Assembly (NCBI GenBank): GCA_040285855.1
Contig: JAUFOQ010000005.1
Coordinates: forward strand, 1-64,000
DNA: 64,000 nt
Reading direction: 5' to 3'
From: Eukaryota sp. GEM-RC1
Lineage: Eukaryota
Shown here piece by piece: positions 13,762 through 27,050 of this stretch. The position numbers were made by a program, and so were the translations under genes. Within the stretch, counting starts at the first letter, position 1; every line of letters begins with the position of its first letter. The notes under the pieces are model-generated. The model saw only the letters and a program-made list of their open reading frames with translations. It had not been told where the DNA came from and searched no databases.

Positions 13762-15030
13762 CTATTGAATTGAGTTGCTGTCGAATTGTGCTTCTCCCAT
13801 GACAATTCGTTCTAAGTCCGCATCAATCGCGCTACTGGGCCGTTTATAGGGCTGACCATAAAATTGGACACAAAGATAATTAATTCGAGTCATTAAAGAC
13901 GTAATCATTTGTTCAGTAATTTCAGGTAACGCTTCTCCACGTTCAAATCTTGCTGATAAAAACAATTGCAGGCACTGTAGGGTATGGCGACGGAGTTCGT
14001 AAAATTGAGGTGCTGGCTGCACAATGTTTTCAAGGACATCACGATGCTTCATAATTCGTGGAAGACTAGACTTTACCATCCTATAAGTTGGAAGAATAAG
14101 TTTTTCTCTCTGGAAGAGCATACAAAGTTTTAAAGTTGGCATGTTGATAATTGTAATCAACTAAGAGAGATACAAGTGTACTTTCACACCAACAATCAAT
14201 GGGCAAGAGATTTCCAAGTTCTTCCTTTTTAAGTTTGAGGCAGAATTCGTGTATTAGATTTCGTGTAAGAGATGGTAAATCGTTTCCAAATGTCATTGTG
14301 AGAAAACGTTTTGCAAACAATAAAGTATCAAGTATCCGTGTTCATTTCTAACAACTTCACGCCAGTTTTTAGACAAAATATTAAGGTTGGATTCTTGGAA
14401 ATTAACAGGCCATGGGAATTGATAAAACTGGAAACGCTTTTCCAAAAATTTGAAGTTAAATCCAATAATATTGTGACCAGTAATGAAATTTGGCTGGTAA
14501 TCTTGAATCACGTCTATCAATATATGCAGCAGGACCAACTCATTGGGCACAACATAGATTTCAGTTCTTGGGGATAAACTGCATTCAATTGGAGAAGGTA
14601 CGTTTGTTGCATAAAGGTTGACACAAATAATAATTGATTTTTCTTCGGAAAAATTTCCTTTATTAAAACGGCGAAAATTTAATGCAACTGACATTACTTT
14701 TTGGCTAGCAATCCATCGTTCATGTTCTTCTGAATTCATCGAAACTTACTCACACTCTTCTTCTTGGGAACCTGATCTGCAATCTCACCATCCTCGATAG
14801 TTATTGTTTGAGATTCTGGTCTCTTGAGGATAGCAGGTCTACCTTGACCTTGGATAATTCATTTTACAATGTTATAAATGTTAATAGCAAAGTCGAAGTC
14901 TCTATTCCATGAGACCTCACGTTTAGCACACTGGACTAAGCCCCATGGTGAGACTTTGTTGTTCTTCAACCATTCTTTCAGGAATAGCAACTGTTATGTC
15001 CATTCATTACCAAAATTACGTTCCACTAAT
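13762..15030 (-). pseudogene. Degenerate family-B DNA polymerase 3'-5' exonuclease-like gene
   Basis: IQDYQPNFITGHNIIGFNFKFLEKRF matches the ExoII consensus (DPD.ITGYNI..FD..YL..R); VSMNSE and LVDYNYQH lie at plausible ExoI and ExoIII positions; several stops and frameshifts. Confidence 0.6.
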
Positions 15031-15499
15031 TGATTGTGTTCGCAAACCGACAGTTTCAATTGCAGAAACTGACAGTATCTGAAGTGCATATCACCTTTCC
15101 TACAGAATTTCCTCACAGACTTTTTTGCAACAAAATGCCTTCAGATCCGTCTCTTCCTTCTGGTGTCTCTGTATCCAAACCCAAAATGTTCGACTCTCCT
15201 GACTCCTTCAGACTGATATGCACTTTTGGCATGATCGATGAAAAATATTGCATGTATAGGGAAATCAAAAACTATTTAAAGAAATTCAATGCTGTGATTC
15301 GAAATATATTACAAAATTGTCATTTCTCAAAAAAATCAAAATTCAAATTCTACAAAAAACAATGCTCTGTTTAAAATGTCGACATTTGTTGATGGGATTT
15401 ATGGTGACAAGAAGACTACAGTAAATTGGAAACAAAAGTACAAGTTATACTCATCATCAGCTTTTTCTAAGAAAAGTAGTTCGAAATAAAATTAAAGCA

Positions 15500-16074
15500 A
15501 TGTGGATCTTCATTTTCTATCTCTACTTCTTTGTTCATTAGCCTTACACAAATATGCAGAGCCTGCACTAGATCTACAGCGAATCTTCAGTGCAAAAGAA
15601 GAGGGTTGGCTTGGAGCTGATGTTGTTTGTTCTCATCCAATTTCATCCAATAGGTCTTTATGGATCTTCGGTGACACTTTATTTGGATCATCGGATGGTA
15701 AAACCAGAAACATTACTGCAATGTATCGAAACAGCATAGCTTTACTGGACAAGGTCAGTCACACCCCCTACTTTTTCTTTCAGAATCGTAACAAGTCACC
15801 CTTCTTTAAGCCCAATGCTGCAAACTCCTGGGTATGGCCTATTTCTCTCTACTCTTCACATTCTCATACCATATATGTCCTCTCATATGCTGTAGTAGAA
15901 GATACATCCGATCCTTTTGGTTTTGCTGTTAACGGCTCCTATATTCACGTAGCCTCTGATCTAGAAACTCATCCTCACCACTGGAAAATCCAATCCCAGT
16001 TTCTTTCCTTTACTTCCACTTCTCTAACAGCTTCTGCTGCCGCTCTCTTCTTGACAACTCCCTCCATGTCGTAG
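15500..16074 (+). pseudogene. Truncated secreted DUF4185/DUF5005-like protein
   Basis: GWLGAD..S......LWIFGDTLFG..RNSIA..WVWP motifs; the ATG at 15500 gives a signal peptide (MWIFIFLSLLLCSLA) if one T is added to the run; C-terminal half not found. Confidence 0.6.
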
Positions 16075-17339
16075 GAGTTGCTGAACCACTTTAAATGAGT
16101 ACTGCTTCTACATCAACTTAGACAGCTTAATACAACACCAAGATCGGTAGTTTTAGCCTCAATGAACCACTTCATTGCATTTTCCGGTATTTGTTCTTGT
16201 TTGAACATGGCCTGGGACAAATCAACAATTCTTCTTCTGAATCACGTTACTATTTATTGTTCAGTTTGAACAATAAAGAGTTGTTTTGATTCCGACTGGA
16301 GTCATGTACCTCCAGTTTACCTTTAATTGCGAACAGAGGAACTAAACCACTCGAACCCAAAAACATTCCTTGGGTTCCACCGAACTCTAGTGTCTCGTCA
16401 TTCACAACTAAGATACACTGTGTCTCAACCAGATCTACTAGCTCAGAAACTACTGGAAATTAAGACTCTCTTGACCAACAATACTTTGGCTGCTATCTCA
16501 CTTTTACAGTGTCCAATCCATAAGCAGAAAATGTCATTCTGTTATGAACATGGAAGTTATGGTACCAGTCACAACAATGACTGGTACTGAATAGGAAATA
16601 CTCCTCTCTAATTAGGACTGATGTGATTGTTACACGTTAGCATCCAAGACGAAGTTTTTTCAATTATTCATCAAAATTACATCAACACATTTACATTCAT
16701 GATATGAATTGGAGTTACAAAAGTATTGAATACGTGATCAATTTGAATATAGGAAGTATTCAAAGCTGAAAAGAGACTCCTCAAGAAGAAGTTCATGAAG
16801 CTCCAACCTAAATATAGCAGATAACATCTACTCTACTATAGCCAAATCACACAAAGAGTTTGTCATACAACTCCGACTTTTTTAGAAAGTTTCTATGAAG
16901 TCTTCATTAATTTGTTTTGGTATCCAGATCTTAAGGAGGAATTGAGATTGTGTAAGCTTATATGAGCGGATTACTCTGTTGGCCGTATTCACGTCATCTT
17001 TACCAGCTATTGGTTACTGTTATACGTAGATGAACTCTTTAAATACATCGATCTCATGTGTTCTTTCATCACATCAACCAAAAGCGTCGAATGTAATAAT
17101 CGTCGACGAGCGTCAACCATTAGCACTGGTTCCATATTTTGAATGATTTTCGGCTAATCAAACTATGGTCATCACAGAAATGAATGTTTATTTGTCACAA
17201 TCAATTAGAACATATCAATTCAGGATAAATGAAGACGTGAATGAAAGTAAATTGTTAATTAAATGTATTATACAACAAAGGCAAAGTAATCTTCGTATTG
17301 GAATAAAAACCCCATTAGAGTGGATGAGTTGATGAGTTG

Positions 17340-17635
17340 TATCCTAAAACTCCCATCAGGAAAAGCTCCTGGACCTTCAGGTATTACTTTTGATATGCTC
17401 AAAATTGACTTATTGTTGAAGATTTATGTCCTTTTTCAACAATGTTTTGTCATCAAAAGTTGTTCCTCCTAAAGAGTTGTCTGCTTCTCGTTTGGTTGTA
17501 CTAATTAAGCCTAACAATGAAATCTGTCCTAATGCTGTCGGTGAAGCTATTTATCGTCTGTTTGCTTCTGTTGTCTTTGGAAGAATTTCCAACAAAACTA
17601 AGCAGTTTTTTTACACTTTATCAATATGTTATTAA
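17340..17635 (+). mobile_element. Non-LTR reverse transcriptase N-terminal fragment (CRE-like)
   Basis: LPSGKAPGPSGITF and ASRLVVLIKPNNEICPNAVGEAIYRL, a decayed form of IRPIAVGE. Confidence 0.8.
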
Positions 17636-18617
17636 ACCATGGATGTGAAATACCACTTCATGCCTATGTATTAATACAAATACAAATACAAATACAACGA
17701 ATACACTATTTCTATCACGTGAATGTGTTTCAATTGTATTTCCAGGTGGAAACATATGTGTTACTTTGATAAGTCCATTTAAAATAATCAACTATACTAT
17801 GAGGTGGTAGTGTGAAAAACTTTCTACGTTTCATCGTTTTCACGCCGCAAGTAGTTAAACTTTGGTTTTTTACTAAAGAAACTCAACAAAAGCCAAATAC
17901 TATGATAGAGAGTGGGTGAGCACTCAAGATAATTATGAACTAAAAGTATACAGTTTCATCTACTGATAGATTCAACGTCTAAGGTCTCTGATGTGATTGC
18001 AGTTGTATGTGTGTAAACAAGTGCATTTAATCAAGCCAAAGAAGTTTCTCCCCTTATTTTTCAGAAAAATTGAAGAGAAATAAATACCATGCCCCTTGAC
18101 TCTCCATTTCAACGATCACCTATTCCATATTAGGTTGTCAGAGATTACCTTGTTGCGCTGATATTTGGGCAGCTGAGATGTAAACAACATAGTGGGAGAG
18201 GAGGCAAGTTATGTTGAGTCAGTAGAAGTCATAACATAATTGATGAATTGGAATTTTCTGTACACACACAACTTCACAATAAAATTGTACGTACTTTTGC
18301 AGAAGAAACATTGTATTTGGTACTCAAGCAGTATTTTTATCACATGAATCTGCATTGAATATGCAAATAATTAAAATACATAAGACTAAATACTGATACT
18401 AAAAATACCAAAAAATAATAAAAATAAGGGCTTGGGATTAATACAAATACAAAATACAAAATACACAGAATACATGTATTCTGTATTTCCCATCTATGAT
18501 TCTGATAAGACTTTTGGTAAAAGAAGAGCTCATGTCATAGTTCCATCAATCAATGATAAACTTACGGTTGTTGGTGTGATTTTTGTGGATGTTTGCAAAA
18601 AAAAGTGCATTTAAGAA

Positions 18618-19434
18618 GAGAAAAGGTAAATTGACAAGTTACCAGACAACATTGGGTAAATTGACAAAACTTTTTGTGAAGTTGTCGTACGACTTTTTTT
18701 TCTCGTGTCATAAAGATTGTCACTATACCATCAATTTTGATTGTCAATTACAAATTTTTATTGATACAGAAAAACATCATACAAGTACTGAGTTCTGGGC
18801 TGACAGTGAGGTGGCTCATCGTTCTCTACACAAGGCTCATCGTTCTCTACACAAGTTCTTCTGTTATGGCCCCGTTGTCCACATACAGTACACGTTACCC
18901 TTCTGTCGATATTCTGGATATCAGCTCGAACGACCTCGTTCGAAGTTTGGTTTCTTGTAGCATTTCGTGGTCTACCTCTTTGAGGGATATCTTGTCTTCT
19001 CGGATTCTCAGGTCATTGTTGCTCGGATAACAACTGTTTCAGTTTAGGGATCAATAAGCCCTTCTGGATGGAGAAAAGACTCTCAATGCTGTTCCAAAGG
19101 GACATCAGTTCAGAAGAGGTATCAAGAGGTGATCTTGAGGAATTGGAGGGTCTAACACAACAATAGATGGCTCTGGGTCTAATTGTCATTGAAGATGGAA
19201 AGAGTTGACATGAGATAGCAGTAGGAATCACCAGAAGATCTAAGACTTATAGCAAAACCTTGTTCAAAAGCACATCGTCTGAGTATTTGCTCTAGATCGT
19301 TTCGTGTGTCAAACTCGTAAAAAGGTGGCTTTGTAATTCGAGGTTCACGTTACATAAAATTGTCGTTTAGAGTTTGCAAAAGTTTTGTCAATTTACCCAA
19401 TGTTGTCTGGTAACTTGTCAATTTACCTTTTCTC
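18618..19434 (-). mobile_element. Non-autonomous Mutator (MULE) derivative, 817 bp
   Basis: ~57-bp perfect TIR GAGAAAAGGTAAATTGACAAGTTACC...; 9-bp TSD ATTTAAGAA at 18609-18617 and 19435-19443; minus-strand remnant RGRPR...CTVCGQRGHNRRTC typical of a MULE C-terminus. Confidence 0.95.
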
Positions 19435-20564
19435 ATTTAAGAATGCTAAAAATTAAATGTCTCCACTTGATTTTTCAGAACAATACAAGAGAAACAAATA
19501 TGACGTACCATTGACTACTCTCAAACATACGAGATATGTTGAGTACAAATTATGCTCTTTTGCGATTTCAATTAATGGTGGACTTGGTAAAGATGCTCTT
19601 TATTTTCTCTGATTTTGAGAAAGTTGTCCAAAAAAAGAGTGAACAAGAAATTTGCTTTCAAGTTTTGGTTGAATCGTATTGTTTTTACAATCTTTAAAAC
19701 AATTCTTATCATGATTTCTAAAGCTCTATTACTTCTCAGTGTTTTTTATTCAGAAAAAGCTGATGTGAGTTTTAATGGCAATGATTGTTGCTTTAATGAT
19801 ATTGAGTTCTAGTATTTGTGTTTGTCTCCGTGTTTGTTATAAATATTGCTTAAGACAAAGGCAAAAGTTAAAAACAACTATTGTTTTATAGAAAGGAAGA
19901 CCTTTCTGTAAGAATTGAGGCAAAGATTCACTGGAACCATTTCAGGATCACAACAACTGCGCTTCTTTGTGACAACACATCTGACAGGAGAAAACAAATT
20001 TTGTTGACAACAACACAACAGAGTTCATACATCTAATAATCAATATCCTCAAAGTCCAGATTGCCTATCTGGAAATTCTCACCTACCTTATCCTCATAAT
20101 GTCTGCCAAGACATAATAAAGCGCTAGGTACAGAAGTCACCATACCTTTAAAGATAGCAAACACAATTCGATTTTTTTAAAAACTAAGATCAAAAGTCCA
20201 AGGTTTTTCATTTATAGTCTTCATAAAGATTCCAAGTAATGATGTTGCGGATTCACCTAAGAACTGTATAGTGAAAATACAAAATGGTGCAACAAGTAAG
20301 GTAATTTGAGTGTGAAACTGAGTTCAATAGTTTCAATTTAACACAGTGTTTTTCCATTTTAAACCTTTTACCAATCAACAGAGAAAACAATCGTTCAGAA
20401 AGTGTACTTGTGGTTTGAATAGAGAATACTTGTGTTCATATTATAGTTGTAACGTCCTGAAACGATTTTGCATTTAGGACTATTTATGTGCTTAAAGAAA
20501 TCCGTGTTGTTATACAATGGACATACATAATACTTACATAAGGATACACTATTTTACCAGAACA

Positions 20565-20690
20565 AAATTCGTCGACGAAAGTTCGACTAAAGTCCTAAAA
20601 TAATCCGTTGACCCGACGACGACGAAGAAATGAAATATGGGCGTCCACGGTGGCGATCGTCAGCAGCGAATTCGTCATTTGCCAGGTCTA
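20565..20690. mobile_element. Probable orphan hAT-type terminus
   Basis: Repeated GACGA motifs ending in TTTGCCAGGTCTA (reverse complement TAGACCTGGCAAA). Confidence 0.4.
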
Positions 20691-20836
20691 CTTGGAAGTG
20701 AAAATTTGGCACTAAACTGAGGGATGACTGATACACTGTCATTGGTATTAGTGTTCTAGGTCATGCATCTACTAATAAATGCGGTAGAATTGGAAATTCC
20801 TTCCATCTCAGGTTTTGTATAGGAGATCTGGTTTTT

Positions 20837-23340
20837 ATGGGGACTGAATCTTCTCCTACCCAATCTTTCGCCTTCCCTCCGTCTACAATCACTGCAAAGC
20901 TTTGTAGTCTTCGTAAAGAAGGTGTTCTCATTGACTCATCCATTTTTCTTCACGATGACGAGTTTCCTTGTCATTCTGCCGTCGTTTCTCTCTTCAGTGA
21001 ACTTCTTAAAACCAAACTTTTTTCTTCCTCCAAAGTTGATGATCTCGTTTCACTTTTTCATCTACTTCCCGATTCCTCTCTCCTCTTCAAAGTCTTGGAC
21101 TCTTTCTACGGTCTCCCTCTGAAGTTCACTTTTCAAGATCTCTATCATACTGGTGTTGTCTCTACTTACTTGAAATTCGCTAATCTTTCTAATTATCTTG
21201 CTACTCTTGTCGAAGCTGGAATGAACCTGAAGAATACGTTTACTTTCCAATTAGATCATGATGTGATTGTGTCTAATTTTAGAAAGTTTGCCCCTACTGA
21301 CGTGTCAATTACTTACAAGGAAGTACACATTCAAACAAATTCCCTAATTTTAGTTACCACGTCAGCAACTTTTCTGAACCAATTCTCTACTAATTTTAAT
21401 GATTCAAATGTTCGAAAAATCACTTATGAATCAGAATTTGAAGGAGTGGAAGATGAAATTTTTGAACAATTTTTTAATTTGTTCTATTCGGATTTAATTG
21501 AACTAAAAATTTCAAATGTTTTAAGTTTTTATCAATTGTCCTTTTATTTTCAAGTTCCAGAGCTTTTGGAAGCTTGTAAGACATTCTTATTATCAAATAC
21601 TTTTACTGATTTGGAATTGTTGTCACTTTTGAATTTAGCAAATGCTCGTTTTCAAGTTCGATTCGTTGAACAAATTTTAAACATTTTTAAAAATCTTTCT
21701 CAACCCTTGAAACTCGATTCATTACCATTGTCTGTTGAAATACTTCAAAGGTTGTTTCCTATTGTTGATAATTGGTGGCTTATTCAATGTCTTTTAGAAA
21801 CTTTTAAAAAACAAGAATTCACAAGTGAAGAATTAAATTCTATTTTGATTTTAATTGATATTCATCAATTTGATTACAACAATCTGTACACCTTAATTCA
21901 ACCCTTATTTGATGAAAAATCTTTTGAGTCTGTTTTATTACAATGGTCAGTTGATAATTTTTCAAATATTAAACAATTGGAGAAAATTCCTCCTCATTGG
22001 TTTTTATGGACTTTTCAAGCTGCTGATAGAGCTAAATCTAATCTTGAATATTTTGTTGCCAATTTTATGAAAGTTGTTCCTTTTGAGTTTCTACATACTT
22101 TTCAAGGATTTTCTCCATCACCTTTAGCTTTCAAACTTCTTTCTCCATCAGTTACAGCTGATTATTCAACGTTTTTGGCCAAAAGTCTTGTAGATTCTTG
22201 GAGAAATTTTGATTGGGATGTTGACGTATTTCATGAATGTGTGAGTGGTTTTGATTTGAAAGTGACAGATCCTGTTGTTATTTTTGAAATATTTGTAGAA
22301 TTAAAAATGATTCAAAACTGTGTCAATTCTTCCAACAGTATTTTGCTGATAATGCTTTAATTGTTTTAAAATTTCAAAAAAATGAGCTCTTGACTATATC
22401 TCAGCAAAAGAAAACACTTGACGATCTTGTTCAGAATTTAAATAATGATAAATCTGAGTTAGAAAAGACTGTCACTACTTTAAAACAAAGTAACTCTCAA
22501 TATAAGGAGTTTGTTACGTCTTCAGTTCCTTTCCCATTTACCTTTACTAATGCAAGAAAAACAGGTAGAACTGGACCTTCTCTTGAGAACTGTATTGGTG
22601 CTTATAACCATGAATATTTTAAAAATATTCAAAATTTTAATGTTATTAATGGGATTCAACATTGGACTGTACCTTTAACTGGAATGTATAGAATTGAATG
22701 TGCTGGAGCTAGAGGTGGTAATAATAATTCTAACACTTCAACTAAACCTGGAAAAGGAGCAATAATGATTGGTGAATTTGAATTGAAATCTGGTCAAAAT
22801 ATTAAAATATTGGTTGGTCAGGTTGGGTGTGATGCTCAAAATACTGGTGATTCTCGAGCTGGAGGAGGTGGAGGTGGTTCCTTTGTTGTTTTGGATTCTT
22901 CTCCTTTAATAGTTGCAGGAGGTGGTAATGGGCAGAATAATTGTAGTTGGAATACAAACGGACCTGATGGTAGAGTAGATTTCACTAAAGGTGTTGGTAA
23001 AGGAGAAATAGGTAGTGGTGGAGGTGGATTCACTGTTGATGGTCAGAATGCAACTGGTGGTAATAGTACTGGAGGTAAGTCCTTTCTTAATGGAGGAATG
23101 GGTGGTCAAAGTGAAACTCTTTATTCTATTACAGCTCACGGAGGATTTGGTGGTGGTGGCGGTGGTCATTATTCAGGAGGCGGAGGCGGGGGGTATACCG
23201 GGGGTAGTGTAGTCCCTTGTAATCAGTACAACAATACATACCCCTCGTATGGAGCTGGATCTTTCAATTCAGGATTAAATCCAGTAAATACTAGTGGAAG
23301 TAATGATGGACATGGTTTTGTAAAAATACATTTACTGTAG
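20837..23340 (+). CDS. BTB/POZ (x2) - coiled coil - ALK/LTK-like glycine-rich domain protein, paralog 1
   Basis: BTB motifs EFPCHSAVVSLFS and DVSITY..NSLILVTTS..FYQLSFYFQVPELLEAC; GIQHWTVP.TG.YRIECAGARGG..GGGGGGSFV..PLIVAGGG. The two ORFs join if one A is added at 22303-22307. Confidence 0.85.
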
Positions 23341-25749
23341 ATTGTTCATCTTTTGAGTTTCTGATGTTATTATTTGATTTAATGATCATCAACAGATCAC
23401 TGCTTGAGATAAACAACATTAATACACGCAATAATCTTCTTCTTTTTGCTAGGAAGAATGGAAAGAGTTTACACACAGAAAATGAGTGAAACTATGTTCC
23501 TCAATGTCACATTGGATCTAGAAGTCATGGGAAATCTAGGAGTTGACGTGATGTTGTCCAAGAAGATGAAAAAGATGGAAGTATAAAACCCAGGTAAGAA
23601 TATTTGTAAGAGTAAGAGAAGGAAAACAAGCTATCTGAACAGCAAGGTGGTTTGTATTGAGAAACAACAACTGGTTTGAAGCGATGTGATGTTTCTATAG
23701 AGTATGTGGATTAGAAACAAGTTCTCATTAGGTTCAATATAGACGTGGTACTTTTCCCTAACAGCGATCATTGAGATAAGCGACAAGAATCTACGGACTT
23801 TCCTATACATTGGTTACTAACAACGAAACTAATGAAGGCGATTCTGAAGACGAAGAACTCATATCATAACAGGGATTTCTACACACGTAAGGAGTAGATA
23901 AGATCAAGAACAAATCTGCCACTTGAAGTCATGAATGAGTCTCTCCTGACTTCATGCACAAGAGCCTATCCATATGAATATTGCTGAACATTCAGATACA
24001 ATTTCAAAGAAGAAAGCTTGTTAATAGGAACTGTTCAGTCGTAGGTGAATATCAAAGCAACATCGTGGTATATGTGTGTGTGATAATAAATGATTTGGAG
24101 ATGTTGATATGATGCAGTGACTGTATTAGAAAGATAAAGATGAAGGAAAGTTCTTTGCAACAACTAGAAGATTATTTCCAATGAATGATTTCCATTTATT
24201 AAACGTAGTCAGCAGAGCAAAGTTACTCCACACAGTGGTGTACCTCTTGTATATCTTCTTGTCTTTATTTTAGTTGATTTGTTGGAAAATTGTTTCGTCT
24301 TGGAGTAAATTATCTATTGAGAGAAATGAATCAGTTGATTTTACATAAATACTTGGTTTCTAGTTTCAGTCTAATGTACTTTTCCAACACAGGGATATCA
24401 AAACAACATTGCTTTTCCAACATTGCAATCATTGTTGCTCCTATACTCTTTGAGGTGGAGCAATATTTATTGTTACCGGTTAAGTTTATATTTATTGCAA
24501 TATTGTATTCACACCCCTGGTATATCTATCAATGTCAGTACACCTTTAATTGATTCAAATCTTTATCGATATCGTCATGAACAAAAACATTGATGCCTTG
24601 AAATGCTAAAGATAGACATGAAATAAATACCCTAGAAACAAGCTTCCTAACGGATAAACAGGAGAGACGATGAAAGGAAAACAGCAGATGATAACCAGTG
24701 TTGACTCTTATATTGTCTGATGGTTACGTCAGTGTTTAGGTGAAAGGAGAGGTCAGCACAACAACTTCCAAATGATGCTTTGTAGGACATCTGTTGGTGA
24801 AACAAGAACTGTAGCGCTACAGAGAGTCCGACAACAGGGGTATCAGCCAAGTAAGCTAAATAGCGTCCTGAAGCGTTGGTATTAAGCATTTTGGTGAAGT
24901 GTTTTCGTCATGTAAGATGAAGTTCTACTGAATGTCTTGAAGATCATACTGATGGTTTCTTGTCAAAAACTGTGCAATGTTGTTGTGGGTTTGTGTGGAT
25001 TGAAGCGTTAACAGTGAAGATAAGAGACCTTCTTGTTTCCCATACTACACTACTTGCTCTTTCTAGGAATTCGTCGGGTTCTTGTCCGTCGCAACCCTTC
25101 TTTTTCTTTCATATACATCACGATTCATGTCTCTCATTGTCTCTTTTTTTTCTGAAGATCTTTGATACCAGAACACACTGGTATGGTGCTCCGTTCCTCT
25201 GTCTTTTGTTGCTTGTTATGCTACATGCCTCATCTCTTACTCCCGATGTCAGATTAGAAACACGTGTTTCTGATGTAAATGACTTCTTCTCTCTTAGCTT
25301 TCTCTCTTCTCTTGATCACGTGATCATTTGTGATGTGTTAACATAGTTGATGAAAATGTCACTTCCTTTTCATTCAAAGATCAACGTTTGAGTCCATGTC
25401 TTTATTGACTCGAAATTCGTTTTGTTTCAAGTTTTAAATACTTCAGTCTCAAGATCATTTAAGGTCCTAATTTTAACATTTGTCAGTGCATGCACTTCTT
25501 TAGTACCAAGGCTAGATGTATGCAACTTTTCTTCACTCGAATTTGGCTTTGCATTTCTTCATTTTTTTATTGATCTCAGATGAGTTTACTTACATTTAAA
25601 ATCGAAAACGAACAATTCTGCCACCAAGATGATGAAAGTAAGTTTCATCATTGATATGTGAATAAACAGAAAATTGTGAATTATTTAAAAAGCTGTTAAT
25701 CAAGAAAACAAAAATTTCCTTAAAAACAGCTAAGTAAGAGCTTGAAAAT

Positions 25750-27050
25750 GGAACAATAATCAGCCAAAACGATCACTTTTGTATTCCTTAAAAAGAAAAG
25801 AAACATAAGGAACAAAAGCATCTGGGCATTGACTCAAGTAAAAGTGTTGGTATATGGCTTTTTAAGTACCAAGAGAAGAAGCACAAGAAGAAATCTCAAA
25901 GGAAGAAATCAGACCGGGTCTTAACTTTCCATACCTATTCCACTTACGTGATTCCGCATGAGTCAAATCATAGTCAGGAAGATGACCATTCCCCCCAATT
26001 GCAACATCCAAACCAAGTTTAGACTTCGGATCAAACAAGTCAATTACACCAAGAGCAGCACCAAGCTTCAAATTAAATTCAACGGCAAAAGAACTGTGTT
26101 CATCAACCGAGGGCAAAGTTTCTCTAGAAATACTTCCCAACCATATGAAAAGAAGGTCTTAATCAATTTTCCTTGAGCTCCTTTAGGTAAAACAGTGACT
26201 GTATCAGAATATACGTTCTTTAAAAAAGATATAGCATGCTTCACCAAACAAGAAGGATAAGAAAAACGAGACTTAAGAACCCAATTTGAAGAGAAAATAG
26301 AAACATCATAAGAGATTTCTTTTTTTAAAAAAATGGAAAGATCCGAAAGTCCAAGACCACCAAGGGATATGGGAAAAGAAATTAACTCTAGCAAAACAGA
26401 TTTGCAATCCAGAGTTGACCTAAGAAAAGATTGAAATTCATAACTCAACAAACTTAAAAGAGATCTAGATGCACTGGGAGCAACAGTTCGCGCCTAATGC
26501 AGTACCTCAACAAGAGCAACTTTGCTTGGAGAGGCAGACCACCAAGAGATTTAAAAAGAGGAACAAGATCAGAACACTTGTTCAGCAACCAGCGTTTTTC
26601 ATAAAAAGGATCACCAACAGGAGAACCCAAAGTAACAAATTGTTCTGAAACCTAGAACTTGGGTTTTAGTTAAGATAATACTAAGTCCAAGTTCAGCATA
26701 TTTAGTCGATTACTGACTCAGCAAGTCATCAGCATCAACAGAGTCATCTATAATGATATAAGTATCATCAACATAGGCAACACAAGAGGTACCAGGAAGA
26801 AAATTTAACCAAGAAAGAATAGGCAAAGTAGTCAAAGAGTAAAGAAAAGGACCAAGAGGATCACCTTGACGGATGCCTTGAGAAGACGAAATAACTGAAT
26901 CTTCAAAGTGAAGATCAGAAGCAAATTGGTACGACTAAAGAAAGAAAGGCGTTAGGTTAGGAAAATCAGAAACTGCTGAAAACATTTTAGATCGGTCAAG
27001 ACAGTTAAAAACATTTTTAACGTCAACATAAATAATCTTTTTTTGTCCGA
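25750..27050 (-). mobile_element. Degenerate non-LTR retrotransposon (CRE-like) reverse transcriptase
   Basis: DVKNVFNCLDR; GIRQGDPLGPFLY (~26850-26880); AYVDDTYI (~26757-26780); LGSPVG; PISLGGLGL. Confidence 0.9.

Noticed and set aside
17660..18500. Possible hAT MITE bounded by AAATAC repeats and ending in TTTCCCATCTATG
   Set aside because: No matching left TIR or TSD could be established.
22500..23340. Diversity-generating retroelement acting on the glycine-rich domain
   Set aside because: Differences are not adenine-specific, there is no template repeat, and the RT fragments nearby are non-LTR type.
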